From: a virus | Lineage: Duplodnaviria > Caudoviricetes | Length of the DNA stretch: 64,000 bases | Virus record (IMG/VR): IMGVR_UViG_3300037047_000246 | Reading direction: 5' to 3' (one strand) | Shown here: piece by piece, positions 11,201-20,000 of the stretch | Position numbering within the stretch: the first letter of the stretch is position 1 | Layout of the letters: every line of letters begins with the position of its first letter | Translations under genes and position numbers: made by a program | Notes under the pieces: generated by a model | Told to the model about the DNA's origin: nothing | Databases searched by the model: none | Seen by the model: only the letters and a program-made list of their open reading frames with translations

Positions 11201-11557
11201 AGATACGGCGTCAGTGGGCAGTCCTCCACCATCTATTCGAACAGAGTAGGATATCCGGCGATGCCTTCGTCCGGAATGTGCCTCAGCGCAAGGCTTCGCA
11301 TAAACTCCCCCGGCTCGTCCATAGACGGAGATTCTGGAATTTACGTGGGCGTGTCGTGCGCAGCGGGAGACCCGGGATTCGTAATGGCCATCGGATGGGG
11401 CGGCGAGTCTGCAGAGTCAAGATATATCAAACTACATGATGCAGTGTCTGGGCGAACTCTGGACAGAATTCCGATGGACTGGCTTGATGGACAGTTCCAC
11501 ACGTACAGTCTGACTTATGATGAAGCGGCTGGAACTGTGCAGCTAGCAGTGGTGTGA
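5207..11557 (+). CDS. Giant (2116 aa) baseplate/tail structural protein with 15 His-pair repeats and beta-sandwich domains
   Basis: Uninterrupted ORF, GAGGAG RBS before a GTG start, structural context, internal repeats. Confidence 0.6.
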   Translation: MASISLSGINSVADRILFTRRAPIVKAPLPLLTGTDLVIVSPTTVRIATASFTSGDIGKLVRVVGSHGGRNDGTFAIGEVPNSVTAVLRDANFDTADYQSTLSMVVALANSLKTAYNHHLSNVDARVEFPSLTHANNDAMNAASAVAADDLPTAVALLNDVKACFAAHAANSGGDFHLRPDVWNDVTCAQANDLSSALVLANQLRQKYEAHRLERRSHHLGDIANKVSSDVAVVVRQTAPGTLVGPFVWTILDPMLGMVADSPQDVVVRINGSVVDAEAVFGMFGAVVLPSKPSSGDTVNIDYRYLNNPPARFQRLNSPEFVLNQDKNNGIMGLPSHRYRARSYLVDPGHTPDLISAVSPLRVGWKYKAFERRYSASSNDPSKLLLNSPINKLKYPVFNTVIRETTLSWDANVLPQNATDPWTLQGLGLVQLSNNLLTLVDDDLQSTASSKPPFFTHASDIVVDSVVSAAFRASVSEYLPDGVFTGVGFGLSDGYSVALVGFVKTDATNLSSAIVMANSLKSNFNAHLVHPTVHNPNDPADSTYLVDAKDLQSLVILLNALKLKHNLHLAKADPSLSTAGVHKAVDSAHMVAAADADDLASAVSLANAMRTAFNAHLTSPGVHFVNDAFHAVEQVRQVGVLTNSGPHEFQESWEAGAADWTSLKTYRLSRDAAGNVQLHMSGDVLPLVTVTKNRLPAISDFEGKFDPVQQVFFGSISREATSRSHWSLVRANITPLDSNLLEDNKTVWLDGSVTPELDTLNPWITLGHGGVERAVAGSWIQVESTSSANVAELVTMGASSGAFRGYMRFEPMLSPNTSSVVEFTASIEYHTFSVGNRSHGLYMDDGQQSVHFAFLYHNPTPASVTGSVAEPFVILPTDKLVIGFDGAPQRVVSFEPPVTVPPTPPPTTAAQVCGVINAAVGFSLASPTSLGHVRLTYGSGVSSYMTITGGSSAFNAAARLGIQAGKYFGTDSNPEPRISWFGENPPDAELVPWMKSGGSPVSMLGSAQAPVMRISDSSTSDYAAFTMSNKLVSVGTLSPSSEWKVDVRFSIDSFTPGDSVLASAPFADLRFCGALLNVDEGYGGKNVELHCAVDANDNPYLNLVTYMVGTDSLEPVAQYAFAWNDGEQHSYNIFKNKVADQLFVYADGTLLVPAVGSPTYAALGDATGSIPSMSFGSGAESVTNSDMRTAVSVVDWSSVCAFKDSKLNDPEAPSRRYVGIYKGGNPSAMSSWALTGVDWSSPHTYRIVRDPIGPVALYIDGEDTPSISMSYSPTSLPPSLASFMRGITNNRPVIAWGALDSLEISRGRWTNLRYSLGRHSLTDRLVPPRHVLNQANLMASPEHLRTPEQHNHWGYSVYSGGTPDDSFMAASAVQAFTVLGEGVPPVPKTQDLESRGGLVKVATPASSVSAADFMNYRGYLGNYEDDSANAVGAAPARSFAETLAQVVSAANALCAAYEGHRVRHDVSANVHVADDAVNVIASPLALDLATAVARLSEFKTVFNSHISDATCHDTIDADNLLTEALPFDLDSCVALANEALVKYSAHLASGCFHFVPDVFPHFDTSQETTADATDATSCRTLLTGLRDKFVAHAASSFWHAKKAQYSVTLNHSSIIPLANQLMALLSQHRVAPGVHQFDDKAHLAAFARAVDLGSCIALANAAKAAYNDHVWNAAAVGREPGHRVHLILARVGGALADAVSTNPIEHQLAAALHLAQDIKAKFNCHVSRDVSHVETDSANLVQLSADGLASLVSLANALKASFNRHRTTEVRTCKVHIQDDVANVVTASDATDLDSACALLNQLASSYDAHRTYSGVHGSAAFIRLEPPPRVLYESMRFWQSSTGTAGLVHPFSDDETWHVDAVNSQSNKSVTYDGTNLPEQAIVVSVGSRPSALIDGDTLVLEVDKQPPVTVVFERPDASLNGVVDKINTVVPRLASVQNAEIRLSSPAPGSSSSVFVNGGSARRKLGFEVPQSSPWFVASENPSDVTIEMIPAEGCLRYGVSGQSSTIYSNRVGYPAMPSSGMCLSARLRINSPGSSIDGDSGIYVGVSCAAGDPGFVMAIGWGGESAESRYIKLHDAVSGRTLDRIPMDWLDGQFHTYSLTYDEAAGTVQLAVV

Positions 11558-11559
11558 CA

Positions 11560-12084
11560 ATGGCGTCTATCCTAGACACGATTGACGGAATTTTTGCGAA
11601 CCTATTTCCTGGATTCGGCACAGGCGGACGCCGCCGCGGCAAAGCTGTGTCGACGGATTCGTTCGCCAGAATGCCAGATCCGCAAGACGGTTCGCCGAAG
11701 CCCCCACCTAGCCCATTCACAACCACGGGCTATGTTTTCTTTTCACCTGCTCTGCACCCGAACAATGGGGCTCAGATCGATGTGGCTGCCGTGTCAGCTG
11801 CCGCCAGGGCTTCAGATTCGTACAGCAGCTCTGGCGACCGCCAGCCTATGCTGCGCCCGTTCATCCTAGGCCCGGCTCCGGCGGCGCCGTCCGGACGGGC
11901 CTGGCCACCAGATTTTTCCGCTTCGTATAAACCCGCGTTGAACAACGCTCAGTATGGTCTCATAAGCAACAAAGACCCGTCTTCACGGTATCGCGGTGGC
12001 GAAGTCAAATATGGGATGCCCGGAGTAGTCTATGGCGAACTTGAAGACACCACAACGCACGAAGTCACAGTCGTGCTTGTGTAG
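11560..12084 (+). CDS. Hypothetical structural protein
   Basis: ATG 2 nt after the upstream TGA; lies in the operon. Confidence 0.5.
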   Translation: MASILDTIDGIFANLFPGFGTGGRRRGKAVSTDSFARMPDPQDGSPKPPPSPFTTTGYVFFSPALHPNNGAQIDVAAVSAAARASDSYSSSGDRQPMLRPFILGPAPAAPSGRAWPPDFSASYKPALNNAQYGLISNKDPSSRYRGGEVKYGMPGVVYGELEDTTTHEVTVVLV

Positions 12085-12092
12085 GAGCCGCT

Positions 12093-12761
12093 ATGCCTAA
12101 GATCAGAGAGTTTTTTAAGCGAGCCACAGATCGAGCGCTAAGCTACGCTTTGGCGAATGTCTCCGCGGACGCGTACTCGCGCCCCAGGATGCAGGGGGAA
12201 GTGTTCTGGGTGCTTCGGGACTCGAAAACCGGCCAGGAGACGCGAGGCCACCATAAAAACGTCGTGACAGCGGACGCAAGTATACTGCTGGCTACGTTCA
12301 TGAAGGGCACCGGTGCTCCTCTGGCAAATCAATGCATCCCCAACTTTGGGGTGTACGCTTTGGCCGTCGGAACCGGAGATATCGCCTGGAATCCCATGAA
12401 CCCTCCGCCGGCCAATCCGTCTCAACGGTCTCTTTACAATGAGCTTGGTCGCAAGGCTATTGCAGCTACCAATTTTATCAATTCCGACGGGGATCTGTCT
12501 GGCATACGCACCAACGTAGTGGACTTCACTACGACGTTCACCGAGTCCGAAGCTGTTGGTGCCCTCACTGAGATGGGTTTGATCGGAGGCGACGTGGACA
12601 CGAACATGTCGCTCAGGAATCCCATTCTGCCCCCAAACGGCCCGTACGACGCCTCTGTTGACACCTCCGGCAAGGACATTCTTGTCAACTACGTGACTTT
12701 CCCCGTGATAAACAAGCCCCCGACGAGCTCGCTGACATGGTCGTGGCGTTTGACTTGGTGA
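12093..12761 (+). CDS. Tail-collar/tail-fibre N-terminal-like baseplate protein
   Basis: AGGAG RBS; motifs ALAVGTG, LYNELGRK, FTTTFTESEAVGALTEMGL. Confidence 0.6.
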   Translation: MPKIREFFKRATDRALSYALANVSADAYSRPRMQGEVFWVLRDSKTGQETRGHHKNVVTADASILLATFMKGTGAPLANQCIPNFGVYALAVGTGDIAWNPMNPPPANPSQRSLYNELGRKAIAATNFINSDGDLSGIRTNVVDFTTTFTESEAVGALTEMGLIGGDVDTNMSLRNPILPPNGPYDASVDTSGKDILVNYVTFPVINKPPTSSLTWSWRLTW

Positions 12762-12775
12762 CCTGATTAGCAGGT

Positions 12776-13213
12776 CTACAAGTCCATATTCATGATCTTG
12801 CGGCAGTCCAAATCCTTGAACCACGCAAGCCACAGCCTTCCGGCTCGATCATCTGGTATGGGCTCGCGGCGGGCGATCTCCCAGTCGCCATATTCCACGT
12901 CGTGCTCGCCCCAATAGTCCCATGAGTAGGTGGGCTGCTCGACTCTGGCCCAAAACTCCTGACCTGGAGCGATGCCATTGCGCAACATCCACTCCCACCA
13001 TTCGGTCCCGTCGCTGTCGCCGATGAGGACCTGCAGGCCGCCCCACTCCATTTCGTAGTCTAACCATTCGGCGTGGTCTGGCCACGAGTCGAGCATGGCC
13101 GGAGCATCTCCCAGGCCTCCGTCGAACACGACCTTGAGCCAGACGCATGGCGGATTGCATGGTTCGCCCTCTCCTGGAGACTTCGCTGTTGCAGGCTTCA
13201 ACTCAATCTTCAT
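12776..13213 (-). CDS. Trp-rich acidic hypothetical protein
   Basis: 145 aa ORF directly downstream of ndk on the same strand. Confidence 0.5.
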   Translation of the reverse strand: MKIELKPATAKSPGEGEPCNPPCVWLKVVFDGGLGDAPAMLDSWPDHAEWLDYEMEWGGLQVLIGDSDGTEWWEWMLRNGIAPGQEFWARVEQPTYSWDYWGEHDVEYGDWEIARREPIPDDRAGRLWLAWFKDLDCRKIMNMDL

Positions 13214-13235
13214 GTCGATTGCCTACCGGATGCGC

Positions 13236-13658
13236 TCACTGCTCTTTGCGTTCAGCCACCCAACTTCTGAACATGGCAATTTCTCTGGCTGCAGACTCTG
13301 GCGAATCAGACCCATGCACCGCGTTGTTTGGCTGACCCATTCCGCACATGTGCCTTACTGTGCCTGGTTCAGCTTTTTGCGGATTGGTGTTTCCGATTGC
13401 CCGCCTCCACCATTGCACTACGTCGTCTCCCTCCAGCACCATGCAAACTACAGGTCCTGATAGAGTGAAATCGACAAGCGGCCAGAAGAACGGTTTGCCG
13501 TCATGCTCCGCGTAGAACTGCCGCACCTGTGGCTCAGTCAGCCGGATCATTCGCATTTCAACTAGTTTGATCGTGACGGCTTTTTCTACGAAGGCCAAAA
13601 TACTGCCGACCATCTTCATTCTGACTGCATCCGGCTTGATCATGGCAAACGTCTGCAT
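13236..13658 (-). CDS. ndk: Nucleoside diphosphate kinase
   Basis: TFAMIKPDA, FYAEH, SGPV, GNTNP, GTVR and NAVHGSDS (catalytic His); AGGAG RBS. Confidence 0.97.
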   Translation of the reverse strand: MQTFAMIKPDAVRMKMVGSILAFVEKAVTIKLVEMRMIRLTEPQVRQFYAEHDGKPFFWPLVDFTLSGPVVCMVLEGDDVVQWWRRAIGNTNPQKAEPGTVRHMCGMGQPNNAVHGSDSPESAAREIAMFRSWVAERKEQ

Positions 13659-13679
13659 TGGCTAATCTCCTGTTGAAAG

Positions 13680-13684
13680 TTACA
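13680..13684 (-). promoter_or_regulatory. TGTAA box upstream of ndk
   Basis: 21 nt before the ATG; same spacing as at the HD gene. Confidence 0.45.
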
Positions 13685-13736
13685 GCGACGGTACAGTTTG
13701 TATACCCTCCAACCTCTTATGGAAGCAGCTTGAGAA

Positions 13737-16304
13737 ATGGCATACAAGCAGCTTGGCCCAGGCGTTAGTCAAAATCCCCAAGCCGTCGCACCGGCGGGAG
13801 GTTCGTACACAGCTGAAGACCACTCCTGGGAAAGCGTAGTATTCCAGTTCAACCAGCCAGTACTCGACTGGGAACTGAATTTACACGGCGAACTGTGCGG
13901 CCCTCAAGGCTTGGGTCAGCATGTGCGTCGAACAATGCCGTCAGGCTTCCTGAGTGGCGATTTTTACGAGACTGGCGGCGGCAACGAGCGGACAGTTCTG
14001 CCCAACGATTTTGGCTTCTTGGAAGCCGTTGCCGGTAATGAGAACGCGTTTTTGATCGCTGCGTCAGATTTGGTTGTCAACGGATGGCAGATCAGGTTCG
14101 AGTACTCCGACACAGCTTCCGACGGTCAAAACCTCATATACCTTGAAGTCCCTCCTGTCGTCGGCACAAGGGCGGACGCAATCATATTGGAAGTATGGCG
14201 CGCTCTGGTGACTGCTGACGACGCCAGCGGCAAGAGCCCGTCTGGCCAAATTTTCAGGCACGGAAACGCCAAAGCCCCGGACGCCATCGGCAATCAGAAT
14301 CTGGCGGACGATTTGATCGACCCGACGTACGCCAGGCCAACGCAAGCCAGGGTGCAAATCCAGTACAGGTACAGGGTGGTCACAGACTGGGACTTCGGGA
14401 CGCATCCGGAGCTGCCGGACGCGGTGGAAGCCAACTGCGCCGCTTACGCTTCAGGCAGCTCGGCAGACGGAGTGGGGACGGGGCTCCTGTACGGACGAGT
14501 GGCAAGCGATCCCGGACTGTGGAGAGTAGGCTCGGGCGACGCCGCATCTGCCGCCGCTTTGGGCACCGTAGACGGCTACATGTACGCCGTGCCTGTTTGC
14601 GCTGTGTTCAGGCGGAACTCCGGCGCGTTCGACAAAGACATCAACATCAACGGCGGAGCAGCGCTGGCCGCTGGCACGCCCGACAGGCCTGACGGCCAGT
14701 TCGTGGACCACGTCCACGCGGGAGACGTGCTGGACCTCCGCAAGGCTGCAGCTACGGACTTGCAGGAGGCGCTGACCAGGAACTTCAGCCATCTCATGCG
14801 GGACGAGCTTGTCACCAATGCGGAGGTGACGGCTGACGACTGCGCAGGCACGGCAGTGTTCATGCGGGACCGGCTGGTTTCTCCTGGTGCTGGAGTGCCT
14901 GACGGCGTCAGGTACGATTTCAGCGACAGGGCGACTCTGGAGACTGTTGTGGCTGCAGTCACCCTGGCAGACACTGGAGGGGCCGCTCACACTCAAGCAG
15001 ACTTTGAACTGAGTGTGCTGTCTACGACTTGGGGCGTTGTGGATCTGACGGCAGTCGCACCTGCAGGCACCGAAATTGTGGGGGTAAAGAAGTTATGGAC
15101 GGTTTTTCCTGACGGCACAGCAGACCCGCGCATTGCGAACCAATGGTGCATGGTCTCCAATATCGTCATAACTGGCTCCAGACTCACTCTGCTTTTGGCA
15201 GACAGCACTGGCGGCCAGGAGATCACGTTCTTCGCGGAGCTCGAAATCAAGTATCCAGCCGGAAGCGGCGCTTTGAGTCGTGTTCCGCTTGAAGTGTACT
15301 CCGTGTGGGCCCCTGTTGACCTGGCCGTTTGGGCGGACCCCAGCACCGTGTCTGCTTTGCCTGACGCGAGCCGAGTGCAACTCGACAGATTTTGGTCAGT
15401 CAGCGCTCCGAACCGGGGGCTGCGCATGGCCGTGATGGGCATGTCGGAGTCAGGCACGTTTGCAGCTACGACAGACGGCACCGAGGTTTGGCTGCCGCAG
15501 AAGCTGAACGGAGCCGACGTCGTTGTGGACGACGGGGTCAACCCGGTTTATTTGACCAGCAACTACACGCAAAACACTGTGGCGACTGTGGTCACACTGA
15601 GCCACCAAGTGGCTGGAGGGTCTGGCGTGCGCGTGGAGTATGTGCCGATAAGGCCGGCTCCGCTTGTCGTGGGAGACTCCTACGAGGTGTTCTACAGAGC
15701 TCGCGCTCTGCAGTCTGTGGGCGTGCCGGCAGGCGTCCGGCATATGCGCCTTCAGCTGCGCGCCGCGCCGGCACATCTCACTGTTGTCACTGCCGGCACG
15801 GCCAGCCCGGACGACATGCTTGTCGGCGCAGCGTCTACCGGGTTTTTCCAAATCCCGCTAGGCACCCGAGACTCGGACAGCGTCATGCAGGCTTCAGTCA
15901 GCCCGAAGCTGTCGTCAGCCAGGCCTATGCCGACAGGATTCGCCAGCCTGCCAGTGTCGTACTCGACCATGCTGCAAAACCAGGTCGTGGTGCAAAATAA
16001 TGACGAGGTCACGCACGATGCAGACGGCCGCAGTTTTTGGCCGAGAGTGAGCAACGCGGTCTTTGCTGCAGCAGCGCCTCAACTGGCGTGCGACTCCATC
16101 CACAAAACATTGCATCCGGTGCTGATGGAAGTCGTAGATACGAATACTGACTCCATCAGACCAGGCACCCTTGTGCTGGCAGTGTTCACTGAAGTTGGAA
16201 GCACTTTGCAACCCTCGGTAACTGTCAACACTTTCCCGAGCGCTGGGTGTGTAGCCATTTACAGATTGCGCGGCAATCTGATGCACGCCAGGAGAGCCAC
16301 ATGA
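13737..16304 (+). CDS. Baseplate/tail-fibre-associated structural protein (paralogue of 17084-21757)
   Basis: Shares the blocks LGPGVS, LEVW, RVQIQYR, DPGLWR, DGYxYAVP.CAVFRRNS and RPDGxF...DVLDLR with the 1557 aa protein. Confidence 0.6.
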   Translation: MAYKQLGPGVSQNPQAVAPAGGSYTAEDHSWESVVFQFNQPVLDWELNLHGELCGPQGLGQHVRRTMPSGFLSGDFYETGGGNERTVLPNDFGFLEAVAGNENAFLIAASDLVVNGWQIRFEYSDTASDGQNLIYLEVPPVVGTRADAIILEVWRALVTADDASGKSPSGQIFRHGNAKAPDAIGNQNLADDLIDPTYARPTQARVQIQYRYRVVTDWDFGTHPELPDAVEANCAAYASGSSADGVGTGLLYGRVASDPGLWRVGSGDAASAAALGTVDGYMYAVPVCAVFRRNSGAFDKDININGGAALAAGTPDRPDGQFVDHVHAGDVLDLRKAAATDLQEALTRNFSHLMRDELVTNAEVTADDCAGTAVFMRDRLVSPGAGVPDGVRYDFSDRATLETVVAAVTLADTGGAAHTQADFELSVLSTTWGVVDLTAVAPAGTEIVGVKKLWTVFPDGTADPRIANQWCMVSNIVITGSRLTLLLADSTGGQEITFFAELEIKYPAGSGALSRVPLEVYSVWAPVDLAVWADPSTVSALPDASRVQLDRFWSVSAPNRGLRMAVMGMSESGTFAATTDGTEVWLPQKLNGADVVVDDGVNPVYLTSNYTQNTVATVVTLSHQVAGGSGVRVEYVPIRPAPLVVGDSYEVFYRARALQSVGVPAGVRHMRLQLRAAPAHLTVVTAGTASPDDMLVGAASTGFFQIPLGTRDSDSVMQASVSPKLSSARPMPTGFASLPVSYSTMLQNQVVVQNNDEVTHDADGRSFWPRVSNAVFAAAAPQLACDSIHKTLHPVLMEVVDTNTDSIRPGTLVLAVFTEVGSTLQPSVTVNTFPSAGCVAIYRLRGNLMHARRAT

Positions 16305-16990
16305 AGCTGATATGTAGCAAAAGCGACGGCACGCTGCTCGGGCGAGTTGCAGACAACCAGCTGAGGTTTGCTGTGCCGCCAGACGCATGCATCGTGGGAT
16401 CCCCGGAGGACTTGTCGGAAGAAGATCTTCCGAACGGCTCCAGTCTAGCCCAAATAATTTCGGCCAAAAACAACGCTTTCCAAGCGTCGCACCCGAATTT
16501 CGCAAACTCGCTCCAGTTCAACCTGGAGTTTGTCTCGCCCAGTTGCGACGTTGCCAACTCGTCTCGCGTCACTATCGGACCCGGCAAGGGCACCTGCATG
16601 GCGGCGGGTCTCGGGTCTGTATGGACAAGCGACACCATCTTGTGCGGTCCAGTAAACGCGTACTTGTGCCCGCGCATCAGTTTTTTCCTTCTGGGCAGCC
16701 AGCAGGCGGGGTCCAACCTCAGATACTACAACTACGACGAGGTGTCTGGAGGGTTCATTGATCCGAGTTCTGTGGTGGAACTATCCTTGGCCTTGGTCAA
16801 CGCTGCCAACCCCGGCGTTGTCTTGACCTCTTTCGCTTCAGACCAAGAGCTGGAAACACCAGTGCTCATGGGCGACTTCAAAGTACAGGTCACGGCCTTG
16901 GCGCTGGACCCGCTTGCTTACCGCAACATGCGTCTGTTTATTTCTGATTTTTCTTTGCTAGTCAAGCAAGTGCCGCTGCCTCCTCACTGA
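16301..16990 (+). CDS. Hypothetical structural protein
   Basis: ATGA overlap with the upstream stop, GGAG RBS; start reassigned to MKLICS. Confidence 0.5.
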   Translation: MKLICSKSDGTLLGRVADNQLRFAVPPDACIVGSPEDLSEEDLPNGSSLAQIISAKNNAFQASHPNFANSLQFNLEFVSPSCDVANSSRVTIGPGKGTCMAAGLGSVWTSDTILCGPVNAYLCPRISFFLLGSQQAGSNLRYYNYDEVSGGFIDPSSVVELSLALVNAANPGVVLTSFASDQELETPVLMGDFKVQVTALALDPLAYRNMRLFISDFSLLVKQVPLPPH

Positions 16991-17019
16991 AGTCCTGTTA
17001 GGCTGATCAGTATGGTTGA

Positions 17020-17049
17020 CATCTAGGCCACTTATGTGACCTTTAGATG
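17020..17049. other. Imperfect inverted repeat/hairpin in intergenic region
   Basis: CATCTA-GGCCAC-TTAT-GTGACC-TT-TAGATG. Confidence 0.35.
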
Positions 17050-17083
17050 GTTGCAAGTCTGACTACGACGGAGCTGTGCGAAA

Positions 17084-20000
17084 ATGCCGACGAATCCACT
17101 GGGACCGGGTGTGTCACGATTCATTGATGATAGGGACTACCAGTACGCGGCTGTCGTTTTCCAGAAGGTTCGGCCACCGTGCGATTCCGAGTTGAATCTC
17201 ATCTCGCTCATGGACCTGGAGGCCAGAGCCGAGACAGTGAGGGCCAGGTATCCGTCCGGATGGCTGATGGACGTATCTAATCCGTACGTGGACTACAGGA
17301 CGGACCCGTCTTACTCGAACCATTTCTACTTCGGCCGAAACTCCTCAGTCGAAGTGCGAAATATCACATGGGCAGTGGTCAACGGATGGTTGATTCCTGT
17401 GGCAGGCACGCGCACCGGCAGCCCTCCGCTGGCGCCTGACGACGTGAACACCTGGAACAAGATCGCACTGAATCCGCCTAGCACTTCGACCGGAGGCAAC
17501 CGCGCCGAATTTGCGTTCCTTGAGGTGTGGCTGGCCAGAATAGATGTGGATCCGGCGCCGCCGGCGGTGGCCGACGGCAAACCCCAGCGCGGCGCTGTGT
17601 GGCGCTTCGGAAACGTCGAGGGCGGGTTCTCGTTCTTGCCTGATGGCATTGTCGACCCGGACATGAACTACGAGACCACCAAGCGCGTGCAGATCCAGTA
17701 TCGCATCCGGGTAGTGGCCGGCGTCAATATGGCGCAGAGCCCGGACGGATTCGACAAGACCTCAGTGTTCGCCCAGGGAGGTCTTGCTTCGCCCGGCGCG
17801 ATTCCGTTTGAGAACATGCGAAAGCAGCTCGGGGACCCGGGACTGTGGCGTGCAGGCACGGGCGACCCGGCCACGTTCGGCACTGCAGATGGCTACGTGT
17901 ACGCCGTGCCGTTGTGCGCAGTCTTTCGCCGCAACTCGGCTGGGTTCTCGGACGTCGGCAATTTGGCTGGAGCCTTCAACCGCAACAGCCTGGCTGCAAA
18001 CAGGGATGGGGACGCCGTATACCTGACTTCGGTCGACCTGCCGTCAGACCTGCTTGCATCAGATGTGTCTTTCGTCTTGACAAGCATCAGCGGAACGGTG
18101 CTGTCCACGATGACTGCGTTTGGAGAGGCATACTTCAGAATTGACGACGAAATCATCAAAATCGACAGCGTGCTACAGACTGGGCCGACGTCGTTCGTGG
18201 TCAACATTAACCGCGGAGCTTTGCAGACGGTCATCAGGGACCACAAGGCCGGGACAGCCCTTGTGCTGACTACGACCAGGCCAGACGGACTGTTTGCAGA
18301 CCAGATTGCGGCTTCCGACGTCTTGGACTTGCGGCACGCCGTGGCCGAAAGCTACGACTACGGCACCATGCTCAAGACGAATCTTGTGGAGTTGCTGAAG
18401 GGCAACCTCAGAACTTCGTGGAAGAGATACGGATCCACAAATACGGCGGGCCCGGTCGTTCTGTACGGGGACCGCATCACCGACTCGTCCATCTTCGTTG
18501 GCGGCTTATCTCGCCTCGATGCTCCAAGCGGAAACAGGAGAGCCTTTTCCGATGCTGTGGTCACGGAGAGGTACACAGTGGCCGCCCGAGTGCCGCCAAA
18601 CGCTGGGCCGGTTGGCTCAGGCCTCGCCGTCGGCGTGGCACCTTACAATATTCAGGTGGACTGGACAGGGGCTACCAGAGGGGTTGGCGGCAGGCAGCAG
18701 AGCGGAGTTGACTGGTGGTGGAACGGAGACGAGCTCACCATCAGACTGTCCGACTTCCGCTCGGGGCTCCCCACAGCCGATGCTGATCAGGTCAGGTTTG
18801 TGCTGCCCGCAGAAGATAGAGACGCTGTGCTGGTGCGGTTCGAAGGCATGACCACGGACCCGAACGGCGGGCTCGGTTCAGTTGTCGACAACTCTCCATC
18901 GGCCACGGAGCCCACGATGCTTCAGGGAGTCGACGTATATGACCCCCTAGGCCTCAGAATTCTGCGACATGGCGAGGGCATCCTGGTGTCCATAAACACC
19001 TCTGGCGACCTTGTCATTCGGTTCAGCTCCGACATAGACAGCACTATGCTTCAGGAGTTCACAGACGCCATGACGGGCTTCGCCGCCCCGACGCAAAGCA
19101 TGGCAGACGACACCGTCGCGCATATCCAGTTTGCTGTCGTATATGGGGCCGGCCGCGGTTTGTCGCACAAGCCAAAGCATGTGCATACGGTCAGTTGGCT
19201 GGGGAGTCCTAACAACTCGTCCAAGGTGATGACCCGCCCCGGCTTGCCCACTATGAACAGGATGATCCCGACTTATCTCGGCGATTCTCCTCTTGTGCAA
19301 ACTGGGTGCAACAGGAACCTGGCTCGCACTTCAGAAGTCATGGTGGATCCGGGTTCCAAGACGGTGTACGTCGCACCTTATCGCAACATCTTGTCGCCAA
19401 AGCTGCTGGCGCGCAGCGGCTACAGGCTCAACTGGTACGGCAGTTCTCCAGTGTTGTACCAAGGGCCGATGCCAAAAAGGAGTCTGGACGGGTCAGTCGA
19501 GGTGCACCCAGACACGGACCCTCTCGGCCTATTCTTCAGCCAAAGGCTGGACGGCGTGGCGAACTACGCTGAAACCAGATACGTGGAAATTCCGATTGAG
19601 CTCATGCCTAGGCCCGGGCTGCATCACATTCCTATCATTGCCGTCACAAACGGCGTGTTCCCCTCTGGCCTGAACTTCCTCGTCATGTCTAAAGAGGGAC
19701 CGTTCGGCGGCAATTCCAACAACACATCGAGCTGGAACCGAAATTTGGTCGCGTACCCCGACACCGGGCCGGGTTACTACATCGTCACCCCTAGACCAGG
19801 GGAGACGTACGGCGAGTCTGTTGGCGCCCGGTCGATTTTCGGCCAGAAGTACGTCAATACCAAGATAAAGTCTGCCTCCGGCGGCCAGTTCAAAGGCATA
19901 AAATTCCCGCCGTTCCTCGCGCCTGCCCGCATCACTGGTGTGTATCTGAGAGACCCGATCGCCAATCCGGTTGTTGTGGACTCCCCCATTTTCGACGACA

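Noticed and set aside
17016-17045. TTGACA as a sigma70 -35 element
   Set aside because: No acceptable -10 hexamer at 16-18 nt spacing.
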